This document shows, one piece after another, positions 10,047 to 21,088 of a stretch of DNA of 64,000 bases. A program made the position numbers and the translations under genes. The stretch's first letter is position 1. Each line of letters starts with the position of its first letter. The stretch is taken from the NCBI GenBank assembly GCA_025060695.1, contig JANXBH010000009.1, positions 584 through 64,583 of the forward strand, given 5' to 3'. The notes beneath the pieces are model-generated. The model saw nothing but the letters and a program-made list of their open reading frames with translations. It did no database searches and was not told the origin of the DNA. Source of the stretch: a candidate division WOR-3 bacterium (GTDB lineage: Bacteria > Hydrothermota > Hydrothermia > LBFQ01 > DSFT01).

Positions 10047-10979
10047 GTGATTTTAGTTATTTCTTTTCTTAATATCTACGATACTACAGGAAGCTTGAAA
10101 ATTTCTGATGAATTTGCTATCATTCATGGTAAAGTAAATGGTGATATTTCATTGCTTAATGGTTCAATATTGCTTACTGATAGTGGTTATATAAATGGAA
10201 ATATAGAATTTTTCGGTGATAGTTTAATATTGCAAGGTAGAGTTAATGGCTACGTATCATTTATAGGTAAAAAGGTTAATATTTCAGGAAGATTAGTTGG
10301 AGATGTTTTGCTTATTGGTTATGACGTAATTATTGATAGTTCTGGGTATATTAATGGCAATGCCGATATTGTTGCAATAAACTATGAAGATAATGGGAAA
10401 ATTACAGGTGAAAAGCGACTTATCTCAGTAGGCGCTCTATTACAAATTTTAGAGAAAAGAGAGAAAGCAGAAATTGCTAAGGATGCTAACAAAAATCCAA
10501 TAGCGCATATAATAACTCTTCTTATCTTTTTTATAATAACATTTATCACATTTTTATTTATAAAAAATCTCATTCCTAATCTGCTTGAAAAGTTTTACGA
10601 AAACCCAACAAGAACTGTTATTATAGGACTAATTTTTTCACTTCTTGTTGTCCCAATATTGATATTATTGATAATCAGTATTATAGGTATACTACTTATT
10701 CCTCTATACCTTATTTTTATAGCAGCTTTCACAATCTCATCTATTGCTGTAGGTCTTACTTTTGTTGGTAAGACTATATCTAAAAATCTTGGAATAAAGG
10801 ATAACCTATGGGCTTACTATTTTATTGGAGTTTTTATGACGATTTTGTTCTATGTACTGCATATTACATTTAACTTAATTAATCTTGATTGGTTAGGTTT
10901 TACTTTGCTTGGTTCATATGCAGGTATTTTAATTATAATTGGTCTTGGTAGTTTATCAAGAGCTGCATTTAAGATTTAG
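10047..10979 (+). CDS. Membrane protein with N-terminal beta-helix (polymer-forming/bactofilin-like) repeats
   Basis: Repeated G.I/V.G.I/V units followed by about 5 hydrophobic helices. Confidence 0.65.
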   Translation: MILVISFLNIYDTTGSLKISDEFAIIHGKVNGDISLLNGSILLTDSGYINGNIEFFGDSLILQGRVNGYVSFIGKKVNISGRLVGDVLLIGYDVIIDSSGYINGNADIVAINYEDNGKITGEKRLISVGALLQILEKREKAEIAKDANKNPIAHIITLLIFFIITFITFLFIKNLIPNLLEKFYENPTRTVIIGLIFSLLVVPILILLIISIIGILLIPLYLIFIAAFTISSIAVGLTFVGKTISKNLGIKDNLWAYYFIGVFMTILFYVLHITFNLINLDWLGFTLLGSYAGILIIIGLGSLSRAAFKI

Positions 10980-10985
10980 AGAAAC

Positions 10986-11351
10986 TTACTTTCTATCTAT
11001 TGAAAATTTACCTGCTCCAAGAAAAATAAGGGAAGTATATAATATTAGATATAAAATCTCCATTTCATTTTCTTTAATAGTTTCTCCTAAAACAAAAAGC
11101 TTAAAGTATACAACGAATATGAAATTTATAGTTAAAATAATGGCAGATACTCTGGTAAAAAGTCCAACAATTATAAAAACTGCAAATAGCGTTTCTGATA
11201 AAACAGAAGCCCAAGTAAAGAGCTCAGGAAATGGAAGACCAATCATCTTTACTGCCTTATAGTGAGGATTTTGTATTTTCGGTAAACCATGGTATACTAA
11301 AAGCATAAAGCTTGGGATAGCTCTGATAAGTAAAATTCCAATATCTCTCAT
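10986..11351 (-). CDS. DoxX family membrane protein
   Basis: HGLPK, GLFTR, GAGKFSID. Confidence 0.88.
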   Translation of the reverse strand: MRDIGILLIRAIPSFMLLVYHGLPKIQNPHYKAVKMIGLPFPELFTWASVLSETLFAVFIIVGLFTRVSAIILTINFIFVVYFKLFVLGETIKENEMEILYLILYTSLIFLGAGKFSIDRK

Positions 11352-11364
11352 ATCTTTTATTTAC

Positions 11365-11380
11365 CCGCCCCAAAGGGCGG
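11365..11380. terminator. GC hairpin downstream of the S8 protease gene
   Basis: CCGCCC-CAAA-GGGCGG in an AT-rich intergenic gap; U-tract weak on the transcribed strand. Confidence 0.5.
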
Positions 11381-11386
11381 AAAGTT

Positions 11387-14014
11387 TTAATTATTTATTA
11401 GCTTATATAACTTATCATCTATTTTTAAAATGTATATTCCCTTTAATTTCAAAGGAATTTTATGTATACCGTATTTTGCACCATTAATCTTAGTACTATA
11501 TATTTTTGCTCCACTCACTGAATAGAGCTCTATATTTAAGTCCTTACTCTCTTTAAAGTGATACTTGATTACAAGTTTTGAATTTGTAATAGTTGGATAT
11601 ATACCAAAAGGTATTAAGCCAACTTCATCAGAAGAAACGTTTACAAAACAATTTAAAATTGCAGAAAGTAAGTCCTCTCTTTTATTCCAACCAGAATGAT
11701 TATTACTTATGGCTTCAAATGGACCTGCTAAGAATACAGTTTTACACATTCCATTACTTAATTGATATACAATAGCACCTCCATAATCACCTGAACCTGT
11801 AAGTGTGGTCCATCTAAATGCCCTTCTTGAGTTTGGATTGTTAGGAGCTATATTATCATCTGAATTGGCATTTTGAGCACCATCAGGATTTACCAATCTA
11901 AATCTCATGTTATTTCCTAAGGGGTCATTTGCATCCGCAACCATAGCCCTATAGGCTATGCCCGTTTGAACTATATTCGCACCTAAGTGGTTTTGAATAA
12001 AAGCTGAACCAATTGGATCTTCTGCAAGGTACTGACTTGATATGAATAATTTCTTATTAGCATTTAGCCAAGATATAAGAGAGTCTCTTTCTTGGGATGT
12101 CATTACGTTTACATTTCTATTCCCTGTATGCCAAATTATTATATTTCTTGTAGAAGAAATAAACAACTGTGGTTCATTGAACTTGACAATTTCATAAACT
12201 TTATTTAAATTCTCAAGTGTCTGGGAATAGTAAGTTTCAAAGTTAGTCAAAGTATCACCATCTACCACAAGTATATCAGGATAACCTATAATAAGTCTTA
12301 AGTTTATTAAAGTATCTGCATTTTGAGGAGTTGAAATTATTTTCACTTTAAAGTCCCAAAATCTTGGTTGTGTTCCTGAAACAGAAAATTCAAAAAAGTC
12401 ATTAGGCTCAAGAGTTTGATCCGTACTAAGAGAACTAACACTTATAGTTCCATCTATCACATTTATATTAGGGTCATTATTTATAAGTTGAATTTGAATA
12501 TTACTTGCATTTCTATAGCATCTTAAGTTCGTAAGTGTTAAATATAATTTTACTTGCTCATTAACTTCTGCTCTTTTATTATTATTATAATTACTATCAT
12601 CTACTCTCATTTTTATAACATTTATACCTGCAAATTTTGCCATTCTTACTGCCTTGAACATATTAACTCTTCCCGAACCAAGCTTTCCTACATATGAAGG
12701 GTTTAATGCATCTATATTATCCGCAGAACATACCAAAATTGTATCTACATCATCTACACTTAAACTTGGATTTGCAGCTTTTATCATAGCACCAACACCC
12801 GCTGCTGATGGACTTGCCATAGATGTTCCAGAGTATGCAGCATAACCGAAAGTATTATTTGAGGAGTTCCAAGCTGTTGAATATACAGGATCACCTGGTG
12901 CGGAAACATCCACACAACTTCCATAGTTTGAAAAAGATGCCCTTATATCACTTTGCATAGTAGCTGCAACACATATAGTTGCATCATTATAACAACAAGG
13001 ATATCTTGGACTAACACCTACATCTAAATCTTGATTACCTGCTGCAGCATAGTTATTAGCTCCCATACTCCTTGCATAGAGAAGTGAATTTCTCGCCGAA
13101 CCGCTATATCCGGAACCACCATAGGAATGATTAGTTATATGAGCTCCTTTATTTGCAGCGTAATAAGTCGCATTTATTGGTTGAGTTATATAACCACAAG
13201 TTCCCGCCTGTATAGCCATATTCTTTGCATTCCATGCTTCACCTGCTACACCAACACCATTATTAGTCCAAGCAGCCATTATACCTGTTACGTGTGTTCC
13301 GTGGTCATCATATAAACTATTGCAGGGATTAGGTTTGGGGTTTCTATCATTTCCTGTAAAATCCCAGCCGATTAAATCATCAATAAATCCATTACCATCA
13401 TTATCTACATTATTCAAGTCTCCAGGGTCAAAAACCCAAGTAGAACCATTAAATATAATAGTCTGTCCATTACCATTGGCATCTTCTCCGAGATTGTTCC
13501 ATATTACTCCACCTAAGTCAGGATGGTCCCAAGCCACACCACCATCTATTGCAGCAACAACTATATTATCCGCCTTATTAATATCCCAAGCACTATATGC
13601 CTGAATTTTACTTAAGTGCCACTGATTATTAATTAGAGGATCATTTGGAGTTAGTTCTATTTTGTATATATACCAAGGTTCAACATAGTCAAATAAACCA
13701 GTAAACTGAAGTTCTTTTACTATTTTAGGTACATCCACTTCGTTATTAAAGTAAATTACAATAATTCTATCTAAGCCAAACTCCATTGCTTTAGGTGTTA
13801 TTTTACCAAGAACTAAACCCTCTATGGACTTTATACTATAATTAGAAAGCAACGTGTTTACACTATGGGGAAGTTTGTAAAATCTTGTAAGAGCACCATT
13901 TACATATTTCATGTCTGAAAGCTCAAATAAAGGAAGATATTCACTCTTTATCTGAGCTATTACCCTATCCTTAAAATACAGAACATCATTTAAATTTAAA
14001 ATAATTAAAAGCAT
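11387..14014 (-). CDS. Secreted subtilisin-like S8 protease with T9SS-like C-terminal domain
   Basis: Triad AAIDGG / HGTHVTG / GTSMASP; DNDGNGFIDD insert; tail IYP...IELYSVSG...KGIYILKI. Confidence 0.92.
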   Translation of the reverse strand: MLLIILNLNDVLYFKDRVIAQIKSEYLPLFELSDMKYVNGALTRFYKLPHSVNTLLSNYSIKSIEGLVLGKITPKAMEFGLDRIIVIYFNNEVDVPKIVKELQFTGLFDYVEPWYIYKIELTPNDPLINNQWHLSKIQAYSAWDINKADNIVVAAIDGGVAWDHPDLGGVIWNNLGEDANGNGQTIIFNGSTWVFDPGDLNNVDNDGNGFIDDLIGWDFTGNDRNPKPNPCNSLYDDHGTHVTGIMAAWTNNGVGVAGEAWNAKNMAIQAGTCGYITQPINATYYAANKGAHITNHSYGGSGYSGSARNSLLYARSMGANNYAAAGNQDLDVGVSPRYPCCYNDATICVAATMQSDIRASFSNYGSCVDVSAPGDPVYSTAWNSSNNTFGYAAYSGTSMASPSAAGVGAMIKAANPSLSVDDVDTILVCSADNIDALNPSYVGKLGSGRVNMFKAVRMAKFAGINVIKMRVDDSNYNNNKRAEVNEQVKLYLTLTNLRCYRNASNIQIQLINNDPNINVIDGTISVSSLSTDQTLEPNDFFEFSVSGTQPRFWDFKVKIISTPQNADTLINLRLIIGYPDILVVDGDTLTNFETYYSQTLENLNKVYEIVKFNEPQLFISSTRNIIIWHTGNRNVNVMTSQERDSLISWLNANKKLFISSQYLAEDPIGSAFIQNHLGANIVQTGIAYRAMVADANDPLGNNMRFRLVNPDGAQNANSDDNIAPNNPNSRRAFRWTTLTGSGDYGGAIVYQLSNGMCKTVFLAGPFEAISNNHSGWNKREDLLSAILNCFVNVSSDEVGLIPFGIYPTITNSKLVIKYHFKESKDLNIELYSVSGAKIYSTKINGAKYGIHKIPLKLKGIYILKIDDKLYKLINN

Positions 14015-14066
14015 AGCTAAATTTTAAAGGTAAAAAGTGATAGTCTTTAAAATTTTAATTAAATTT

Positions 14067-14915
14067 ATGCATAAGCCTGTAATGGTAAGAGAAGTAATTG
14101 AGCTAACTAAACCAAAGATAGATAGTATAGTAATTGATGCAACTTTTGGATTTGGAGGACATGCAAGAGCATTTTATGAAATAGTAAAAAATGGACTTAT
14201 AGTTGGTTTTGAAAAAAATCCATTTACATATGAAATAGCCAAAGAGCTATACAAAAATTATGAAAGAATAAGAATTTTTAATGTTGGATATGAGAATATG
14301 TTAGAAGTTATTGAAAAATTAGAATTAGTCGGTAAAGTTGATATTGTAATTTTCGATCTTGGACTTTCTTTGTTTCTAATTAAAAAATCTAATCTTGGAT
14401 TTAGCTATAAAAGTGATGAAGTACTGGATATGAGATTCAATCCAAATGAGGGGAAACCACTATATGAAATATTAGAAAAATTAGAACAAAAGGAAATAGA
14501 GAAAATATTAAGAAATTACGGAGACATAAAACATGCACGGAAAATTTCATATGAAATAGTAAGGAATAAACCTATAAGAAGAACTATTCAATTAAGGGAA
14601 ATTGTAGAAAGATTAGCACCAAGAAATAAGAAGGATAAATTATTGAAGAAAACTTTTCAAGCCTTTAGAATTTTTGTAAATGATGAGGTAAATACTATAA
14701 AAAAAGGATTATTAAATGCTTACAAATGCTTAAAAATTGAAGGAAGACTTGCAGTTTTAAGCTATCACTCTATTGAAGATAGAATAGTAAAAAATCTATC
14801 TAAATCTCCACTCTTTATTCCACTTTTTAAAAAACCATTAACACCATCACAAGAAGAAATATTAGAAAATCCGAGGTCAAGAAGTGCAAAACTAAGGGTT
14901 TTTCTTAAGAAATGA
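14067..14915 (+). CDS. rsmH: 16S rRNA m4C1402 methyltransferase
   Basis: MHKPVM, DATFGFGGH, FDLGLS, LDMRF, YHSIEDR, NPRSRSAKLR. Start placed at MHKPV. Confidence 0.95.
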   Translation: MHKPVMVREVIELTKPKIDSIVIDATFGFGGHARAFYEIVKNGLIVGFEKNPFTYEIAKELYKNYERIRIFNVGYENMLEVIEKLELVGKVDIVIFDLGLSLFLIKKSNLGFSYKSDEVLDMRFNPNEGKPLYEILEKLEQKEIEKILRNYGDIKHARKISYEIVRNKPIRRTIQLREIVERLAPRNKKDKLLKKTFQAFRIFVNDEVNTIKKGLLNAYKCLKIEGRLAVLSYHSIEDRIVKNLSKSPLFIPLFKKPLTPSQEEILENPRSRSAKLRVFLKK

Positions 14916-15775
14916 TATCTTATATTTTAATTTCCTCAATAATCCTTATTCTCGGTTTTAGCTTTGTAGCATTTGAAATTGCCTATTTATCTTGCACTTA
15001 TCCTATAATATTTGAAAATACAAAAAATAAAATATTCATTGAAAACCCAGCAGGTATATTATTTACTATACTTTTAGGAGTAAATTTACTTGCTATATCT
15101 TATGCTATTATTAGTTTTGAATTTTTCAAAAAAATTCTACCTTTGGAAAGTGCAATAGTTTTTAGTGGAATATTTTCAACAGTTAACTTCGTATTCTTTT
15201 CGGAATATATTCCAAGGTTTTTTGCAAGAAGACATCCTGAAATAATTCTTAGATATTTCAAAGGTTTAATTTCTTTGTCTTACTATATAGTCTATCCAAT
15301 AAATTACTTAATTGGTAAGCTTTTGCCAAGAAAACCAGAGGGAATTTTAGAATTTTATTTAGACGAGCTTGAAAGGTCAAAAATTATAGATAGTTCTCAA
15401 AAAAGTTTAATTCAAAAAAGTATGAAATTAATAGATATGCCCGCAAGCTTAGTAGTTAAACCCTATAGCGAGTTTGATATAATTGACATAGAAAAGTTTA
15501 AATTAACCAATTACAAATCGGATATTATTGTCATAAAAAAAGAAAACGATATCTTAGGATTTATCTACAAAAAGGACTTATTAAAGTTAGAAGACATGGA
15601 CTTAAAGGACATCATTAGAAAACCAGTATTTCTTGAAAAGAATAAAAGTATATACGATGCCATAAATTTGATGAAAGAAAGAAAAACAAGTGTAATTTTT
15701 ACTAATGAGGGTATTTTAACCATTGAGGATATTTGGGAATCAGTTAGTGTTGCTATTTCCTCATTTTCTAAATAA
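14912..15775 (+). CDS. CNNM (DUF21)/CBS domain membrane protein
   Basis: FFSEYIPR TM motif; C-terminal GILTIEDI CBS end. Confidence 0.75.
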   Translation: MISYILISSIILILGFSFVAFEIAYLSCTYPIIFENTKNKIFIENPAGILFTILLGVNLLAISYAIISFEFFKKILPLESAIVFSGIFSTVNFVFFSEYIPRFFARRHPEIILRYFKGLISLSYYIVYPINYLIGKLLPRKPEGILEFYLDELERSKIIDSSQKSLIQKSMKLIDMPASLVVKPYSEFDIIDIEKFKLTNYKSDIIVIKKENDILGFIYKKDLLKLEDMDLKDIIRKPVFLEKNKSIYDAINLMKERKTSVIFTNEGILTIEDIWESVSVAISSFSK

Positions 15776-15976
15776 AAAGAAAATTATAGTTAAAATAATG
15801 CTTAGTATTATAGAAAGAAGTATAGAAGTGCCCAATGGAAAATAAAAAGTAAAGTTATCTTTTTGTATCAATATATCACCGGGAAGCTTAAATTTTGGTA
15901 AAAATAGAAATATAAGACCAACTATTATAAATATAAAACCAATAATTATCAATAACTTTGAAACTTCAGAAAACAT
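15761..15976 (-). CDS. DUF2905-like small membrane protein
   Basis: KLPGDI...NFTFYFPLGTSILLSIILS; start set at MFSEV. Confidence 0.85.
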   Translation of the reverse strand: MFSEVSKLLIIIGFIFIIVGLIFLFLPKFKLPGDILIQKDNFTFYFPLGTSILLSIILSIILTIIFFLFRK

Positions 15977-16089
15977 ATTAAAACAGCAATTTTTAAATTT
16001 TAAAGTATAATTCAATTTGCTAAATTTAGGTTATGTAAATTTAATTTTTAGGTAATTTTAAAATTTAGAACTTTAAAGGAGGTTAAAAC

Positions 16090-17955
16090 ATGTTAATATT
16101 AGTAATATCTCAACTACAAAATACAGACTTTGAAAATTGGTCCTATATTACAAGAAGTATACCTTTTGCATGGGATACCATAAAAAATTCACCTGCATCT
16201 TGTTCTTGGCAGATAGAGCAAAATACAGTAAGGTTAGGTAGCTATTCCGTGAGGATTACCATAAATTCTACTGCAAGTGGATACGACTGTGCTATAGGTC
16301 AAGCAAAGGGTGTAAGCCCATCTACAAATTATAACGTATCCGCATGGGTTTATGATAATGATAACAGAATTAGCGCACAACTATATGTTGCTTGTTATGA
16401 CAATAACGAAAATCTATTGAATTCTCAACTCATAGGTTCTCAATCAACTGACAACCCAAGCTGGCAACAACTTACAGGCACATACACGACACCTAACAAT
16501 TGTAGATACATGGATGTTCAAGTAAGAACATACGACGATAATAGTCCAAATGGGGTAATTTATATAGATGGGATAAGTTTAACAACAGGAACTGCTCCGA
16601 ATGAATTAAGAGAAAGTTTTGGTTCTTATCCACCATCTCAGTGGAGAGAATTTGACATCGGAACAACTCCTGATGGACTTTTACAAAGAAGAACTAGTGC
16701 ATGTCCATTTTCTAATAACGATAATTCCTGCTTTGGTATAAAGTTTAGACAGCAGGATGCAGATTCAAGTGTAGTAGGATTAAGTTTTCTTATGACTGAT
16801 ACTTTGGACTTCACTTCAACTTCTGCTGAAACATTAAGATTTAGTTGGAGAGTTAATCAAACAAATGAAAATATTCCTCCATCTGACTCAATAGTAATAC
16901 AAATATCAACGGATTTAGGAAATTCTTGGACAAGAATATGGAGATGGAATGGAAATTTATCTATGTCAAGAATAGATGAAAGTATCCCACTAAACCAATA
17001 TAATGGTATAGAACAGGTCTTGCTAAGAATTGCTTTTTATAAGCATTCAACGAATGGAAGCTCAACTTTACAAAATAGATATTTTAATTTGGACTCCTTT
17101 ATAGTAAGAAACTCATATGTTTCAAGATATAACAGATTAACTAACAGTTCAGTAGAAAGATGGCTAATTGCAAACCAGGACATGATGCCCAATCATTGGA
17201 GAAGGTGGAACAACAGAGCACCAGAGAATAACGGAAGAAGTGCTCAACTATGGATTACAAGGGAAAACTCTAATTATTCTGGAAATTATTCAGTCAAGGC
17301 ATTTTTTACAACTATACTTAATCCGTTTATTGAACAAAAGTTTTCAAATCCATTTAATAGTTGTGCAGGATATCCAATTAGCTTAGTAGATAGTTTTGTT
17401 GCAATATCTAGTATTAGATTTTACGATAATGATCCAAAGGCAAGAGCAAGAACTGGTATAGTTTGGTACTATCAAAATTTAACGCAAAACGACTATCCAA
17501 ACAACTATACAACAGATAACACTAACTGGCAAAGCTATACTAATAGAGCGGTGTTTCTTGGACCAAATCAACCAGGTGGAAATAATTTTGATTCTATAGC
17601 CTTTAGAATTAGATTTTATAATCAAGGCTCTTTTCAAGAAGCTGAGGATGGAGGAACAATTTTCGCAGATAGTCTTAATTTTAGATTACTTTGCTTTGTA
17701 GGTGGAACTACACCTGTGGATATAGTTGAGTTTCCTATGAATGAATATTTTACCTATATCAGAACTAACAATTTTGGAATTGAAATTATGCCAAGAAGTA
17801 ATGTTAACATTAGCATATACTCCATAGATGGAAGAAAAGTATACTCAAAGCATATAAATACTAAAACTCATATTCCTTTAAGAAGTGGAATATATACAAT
17901 TGTAGCATATAGAGATAATAAACTTGTGTTTTCAAAGAAATACATAGTAAAATGA
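16090..17955 (+). CDS. Exported protein with carbohydrate-binding-like jelly-roll domains and T9SS-like C-terminal domain
   Basis: N.DFE.W repeats, STDNPSWQQL and TTDNTNWQSY; tail ISIYSIDGRKV...SGIYTI; SD AAGGAGG upstream. Confidence 0.7.
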   Translation: MLILVISQLQNTDFENWSYITRSIPFAWDTIKNSPASCSWQIEQNTVRLGSYSVRITINSTASGYDCAIGQAKGVSPSTNYNVSAWVYDNDNRISAQLYVACYDNNENLLNSQLIGSQSTDNPSWQQLTGTYTTPNNCRYMDVQVRTYDDNSPNGVIYIDGISLTTGTAPNELRESFGSYPPSQWREFDIGTTPDGLLQRRTSACPFSNNDNSCFGIKFRQQDADSSVVGLSFLMTDTLDFTSTSAETLRFSWRVNQTNENIPPSDSIVIQISTDLGNSWTRIWRWNGNLSMSRIDESIPLNQYNGIEQVLLRIAFYKHSTNGSSTLQNRYFNLDSFIVRNSYVSRYNRLTNSSVERWLIANQDMMPNHWRRWNNRAPENNGRSAQLWITRENSNYSGNYSVKAFFTTILNPFIEQKFSNPFNSCAGYPISLVDSFVAISSIRFYDNDPKARARTGIVWYYQNLTQNDYPNNYTTDNTNWQSYTNRAVFLGPNQPGGNNFDSIAFRIRFYNQGSFQEAEDGGTIFADSLNFRLLCFVGGTTPVDIVEFPMNEYFTYIRTNNFGIEIMPRSNVNISIYSIDGRKVYSKHINTKTHIPLRSGIYTIVAYRDNKLVFSKKYIVK

Positions 17956-19214
17956 TAAACTTATTATTTCTTCAAATATCGGTATTTTTCTCAAGAGACA
18001 CAAATTTAGAAACTATAATTCTAAATGCCATAGATAATGCCCAAAAGACTATAGATATAAGCATATATAGTTTTTGGGGAAGTCCAACAGCGGACAATAT
18101 AAAAAATGCAATTATAAATGCAAAGAATAGGGGCATAAGGATAAGAATTATTGCAGAAAATTACATTGCAAATTCAAACTCAAATAGCTATCCATACATA
18201 AGTCAAATAATTAACAGTGGAATACCTGTGCTCTTTGATAGTACAACTAATATAGGATATGGTTGTCAATACAATAGTGGATATTTAAACCATCAAAAAT
18301 TCATAGTAATAGATAGTCAAATTGTAATATTAGGTTCGTTTAACTTAACTTACAATGCATTAAATGTAGATGCAAATGATTTAGTAATAATAAATGATAA
18401 AAATTTTGCAAATAGATTTATAAAGGAGTTTGAAATGATATGGGGAGGAAACGGGAATATACCAAACACTTCGCATTGTAAGTTTCAAAACTATAAATCA
18501 AACCTTGGAAATAATACTTTCTATTACAACACTCCTATAGTAGACTCTATGAAGGTATTCTTTTCACCAACTGGAAATACCTACAATGTCCTTGCAAGTT
18601 TAATAAGTAAAGCACAAAGTTCTATATATATTGCATTAAGTAAATTTACACTATGTAATTATAGAGACTCTTTATATCCAAAGAAAAATTTTTCATACTT
18701 TGTAGTAGACTATGGAACTTGGAATGATAAGCCTGCAATGAATATTAGAGGATTAAATATCACACCTGATCCATATTGCACTAACTTCCCTTGGCAACCA
18801 CCAGGAAATATTCTATTGGACAATGTCCCAAATAACGGACTATTACACTATAAATTTGCAGTATTTGATAGATATATAGTTCTAACAGGCTCCATGAATT
18901 GGACATTTAGTGGAGCTTATAGAAACGATGAAGTTGTTTTGGTTATATATTCAAACTATATTGCAAATAAGTACTTTAATGAGTTTTCAAAAAGATGGCA
19001 AGAGGCTGGAGGTCAATCTAATACCAAAGAATATATAAATATTAAAGATGGCAACTTGGTAATTAAAAACTATAAGGGCTCTATTGAAATATATAGCATA
19101 GATGGAAAGCTAATTAGAAAAGTCTTAATAAATAATGATTTTCAGATAAAATTACAAAAAGGCATTTACATAGTAAAAGCGGAGAAATTAAGAAAGTTTA
19201 TTGTAGTTCCTTAA
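17952..19214 (+). CDS. Phospholipase D/nuclease superfamily protein with T9SS-like C-terminal domain
   Basis: Two HKD motifs (HQKFIVID, HYKFAVFD); tail IEIYSIDGKLI...KGIYIV. Confidence 0.9.
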   Translation: MINLLFLQISVFFSRDTNLETIILNAIDNAQKTIDISIYSFWGSPTADNIKNAIINAKNRGIRIRIIAENYIANSNSNSYPYISQIINSGIPVLFDSTTNIGYGCQYNSGYLNHQKFIVIDSQIVILGSFNLTYNALNVDANDLVIINDKNFANRFIKEFEMIWGGNGNIPNTSHCKFQNYKSNLGNNTFYYNTPIVDSMKVFFSPTGNTYNVLASLISKAQSSIYIALSKFTLCNYRDSLYPKKNFSYFVVDYGTWNDKPAMNIRGLNITPDPYCTNFPWQPPGNILLDNVPNNGLLHYKFAVFDRYIVLTGSMNWTFSGAYRNDEVVLVIYSNYIANKYFNEFSKRWQEAGGQSNTKEYINIKDGNLVIKNYKGSIEIYSIDGKLIRKVLINNDFQIKLQKGIYIVKAEKLRKFIVVP

Positions 19215-20189
19215 TAAGCTACTTACAAAATTATTTACAAAATCATATTTTTCTCTTAGCCATTGAATATTTTCTAAATACCATTCAATTGTAATTTTTA
19301 AACCATTATCCAACTTGTATTTTGGTATAAAACCAAGAGATTTTATCTTTTCGTAGTTTAGAGAATATCTAAAGTCATGCCCTGGTCTATCAGAAACAAA
19401 TTCAATTAGTTCAAAAGGCTTTTTTAAATAATTTAAAATCTTCTTTACAACTTCTAAGTTTTCATATTCTTCATCTGAAGATATATTGTAAATTTCTCCA
19501 ATATTACCATTTTTTAAAATTAATTTCAGAGCATCTACAAAATCCTCTACATATAGCCAAGTCCTTCTTTGCTTTCCATTTCCATAAATAGGAATTTTTT
19601 GATTATTTACAGCTTTTAGTATTGTAAGTGGAATAAGTTTTTCTGGATATTGAAAAGGTCCATAGTTGTTAGTAGGTCTAAGGATTATAGAGGGAATTTT
19701 ATATGTTCTATAGTAAGACTTCACTACTAAGTCTGAACTTGCCTTTGAAGAAGCATATGGAGAGCTTGGAGAAAGAACACTATTTTCCATAAAGCTTCCT
19801 TCAAATATCTCACCATATACTTCATCTGTAGAAACGTGAACGAACTTACTAATAGATATATCCTTTATAGCTTCAAGTAAATTGAGAGTTCCTATAATAT
19901 TGTTTTCAATGGTTTCTCTTGGAAACATAATGCTTCTGTCAACATGGGTATAAGATGCTAAGTGAATTACTATACTTGGTTTTTTTTCTAATATCAATTT
20001 TCTTAGTTTTTCATAGTCTAAAAGGTCTAATCTATAAAATTCAATTTCGTTTAAAACATGTTCTAATCTTTTAATATCTCCACTATAGTCAAGCTTGTCT
20101 ATTACAATAATTTCAAAACCTTCTTTCAATAAACCTTTTACTACAAAACTTCCCATAAAACCTGCACCACCTGTTATTAATACCTTCAT
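19188..20189 (-). CDS. rmlB: dTDP-glucose 4,6-dehydratase
   Basis: TGGAGFMG, THVDRSI, STDEVYG, YASSK, DRPGHDFRY. Confidence 0.93.
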   Translation of the reverse strand: MKVLITGGAGFMGSFVVKGLLKEGFEIIVIDKLDYSGDIKRLEHVLNEIEFYRLDLLDYEKLRKLILEKKPSIVIHLASYTHVDRSIMFPRETIENNIIGTLNLLEAIKDISISKFVHVSTDEVYGEIFEGSFMENSVLSPSSPYASSKASSDLVVKSYYRTYKIPSIILRPTNNYGPFQYPEKLIPLTILKAVNNQKIPIYGNGKQRRTWLYVEDFVDALKLILKNGNIGEIYNISSDEEYENLEVVKKILNYLKKPFELIEFVSDRPGHDFRYSLNYEKIKSLGFIPKYKLDNGLKITIEWYLENIQWLREKYDFVNNFVSSLLRNYNKLS

Positions 20190-21034
20190 ACGCTATAAAT
20201 CTTATAAGCTTTCTTAGTCTTTACGTGAAAACCTAAATTTGGAATATCAGTAAAAATATAAACTAATTTTACGTTTTCTAAAATCAAGCTCTCAAGAATC
20301 TTTAAAAAACCTAAATTTCTAACTTCTTCATTAGCTTCATAATGCCAAATATAAGCCCTTGATTTATACACAAAGGTTATAAAGTAAAACTCTTTATCTA
20401 TGCTAAATATCCTTAAAAATCCATTAGTTTTGCATATAGAAATTAAGTCTGAGATAAAAAGTTGTAGTTTTTGAGGGAGCAAGTATAGTTTAGCCTTTAT
20501 TAAAACTTCGTAGAAGTCAAAATTATTAACTAATTCAAAATTATGATGTTTTGCTGACTTTTTCAAAATTTTCACTAAGTCGTCTCTTCTTTTTGATTTA
20601 TAAATTAGCTCTTCCAACATTTTAGGCAATTCTAAATAGTAAATCTCCGAAAAAACCTCCTTTTTTATATTGAAATTTTCAGATAGAATTTTAACAGTTG
20701 GGCTATCTTCAAGTATTGGAAATAATATAAATTTCTTACCCTTTAAAACGTTGACTATAAAATCCTTTCTAAATCTATTATCTACTATAAAATCTTGATA
20801 TGGATTTACACCTTCGTAAGTTGGGAACATAAAATAGTCTTCTTCTATTCTTAAGGCAGAAATACCAGAAAGCTTATTCTCATAATAATATCCATAAAAC
20901 TCACAAAAGTCATCTTTCAATATATCATAAAGAGGTATTTGAAAATATGGAGATAGAATAAAATCATCTTTTGAGATTAACTCAAATTCTTTGAATTCTG
21001 AATAAATTTCTTCTATTTTTATGATTCTAATCAA
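20186..21034 (-). CDS. Hypothetical protein, possibly a divergent GNAT (CelD/BcsL-like)
   Basis: Long ORF coupled to rmlB with weak resemblance only. Start set at TTG 21034, 8 nt after a CTTTAAAAT box. Confidence 0.5.
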   Translation of the reverse strand: MIRIIKIEEIYSEFKEFELISKDDFILSPYFQIPLYDILKDDFCEFYGYYYENKLSGISALRIEEDYFMFPTYEGVNPYQDFIVDNRFRKDFIVNVLKGKKFILFPILEDSPTVKILSENFNIKKEVFSEIYYLELPKMLEELIYKSKRRDDLVKILKKSAKHHNFELVNNFDFYEVLIKAKLYLLPQKLQLFISDLISICKTNGFLRIFSIDKEFYFITFVYKSRAYIWHYEANEEVRNLGFLKILESLILENVKLVYIFTDIPNLGFHVKTKKAYKIYSV

Positions 21035-21088
21035 TTTTAGAAATTTTAAAGGTTTTTCAGAGTAAACTACTTTAAAATTTAGCAAGAT

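Noticed and set aside
14037-14066. GTG start for rsmH at 14037, and similarly TTG 21085 and ATG 16015
   Set aside because: These extensions run through the -10 boxes; downstream starts fit the family N-termini or promoter spacing.
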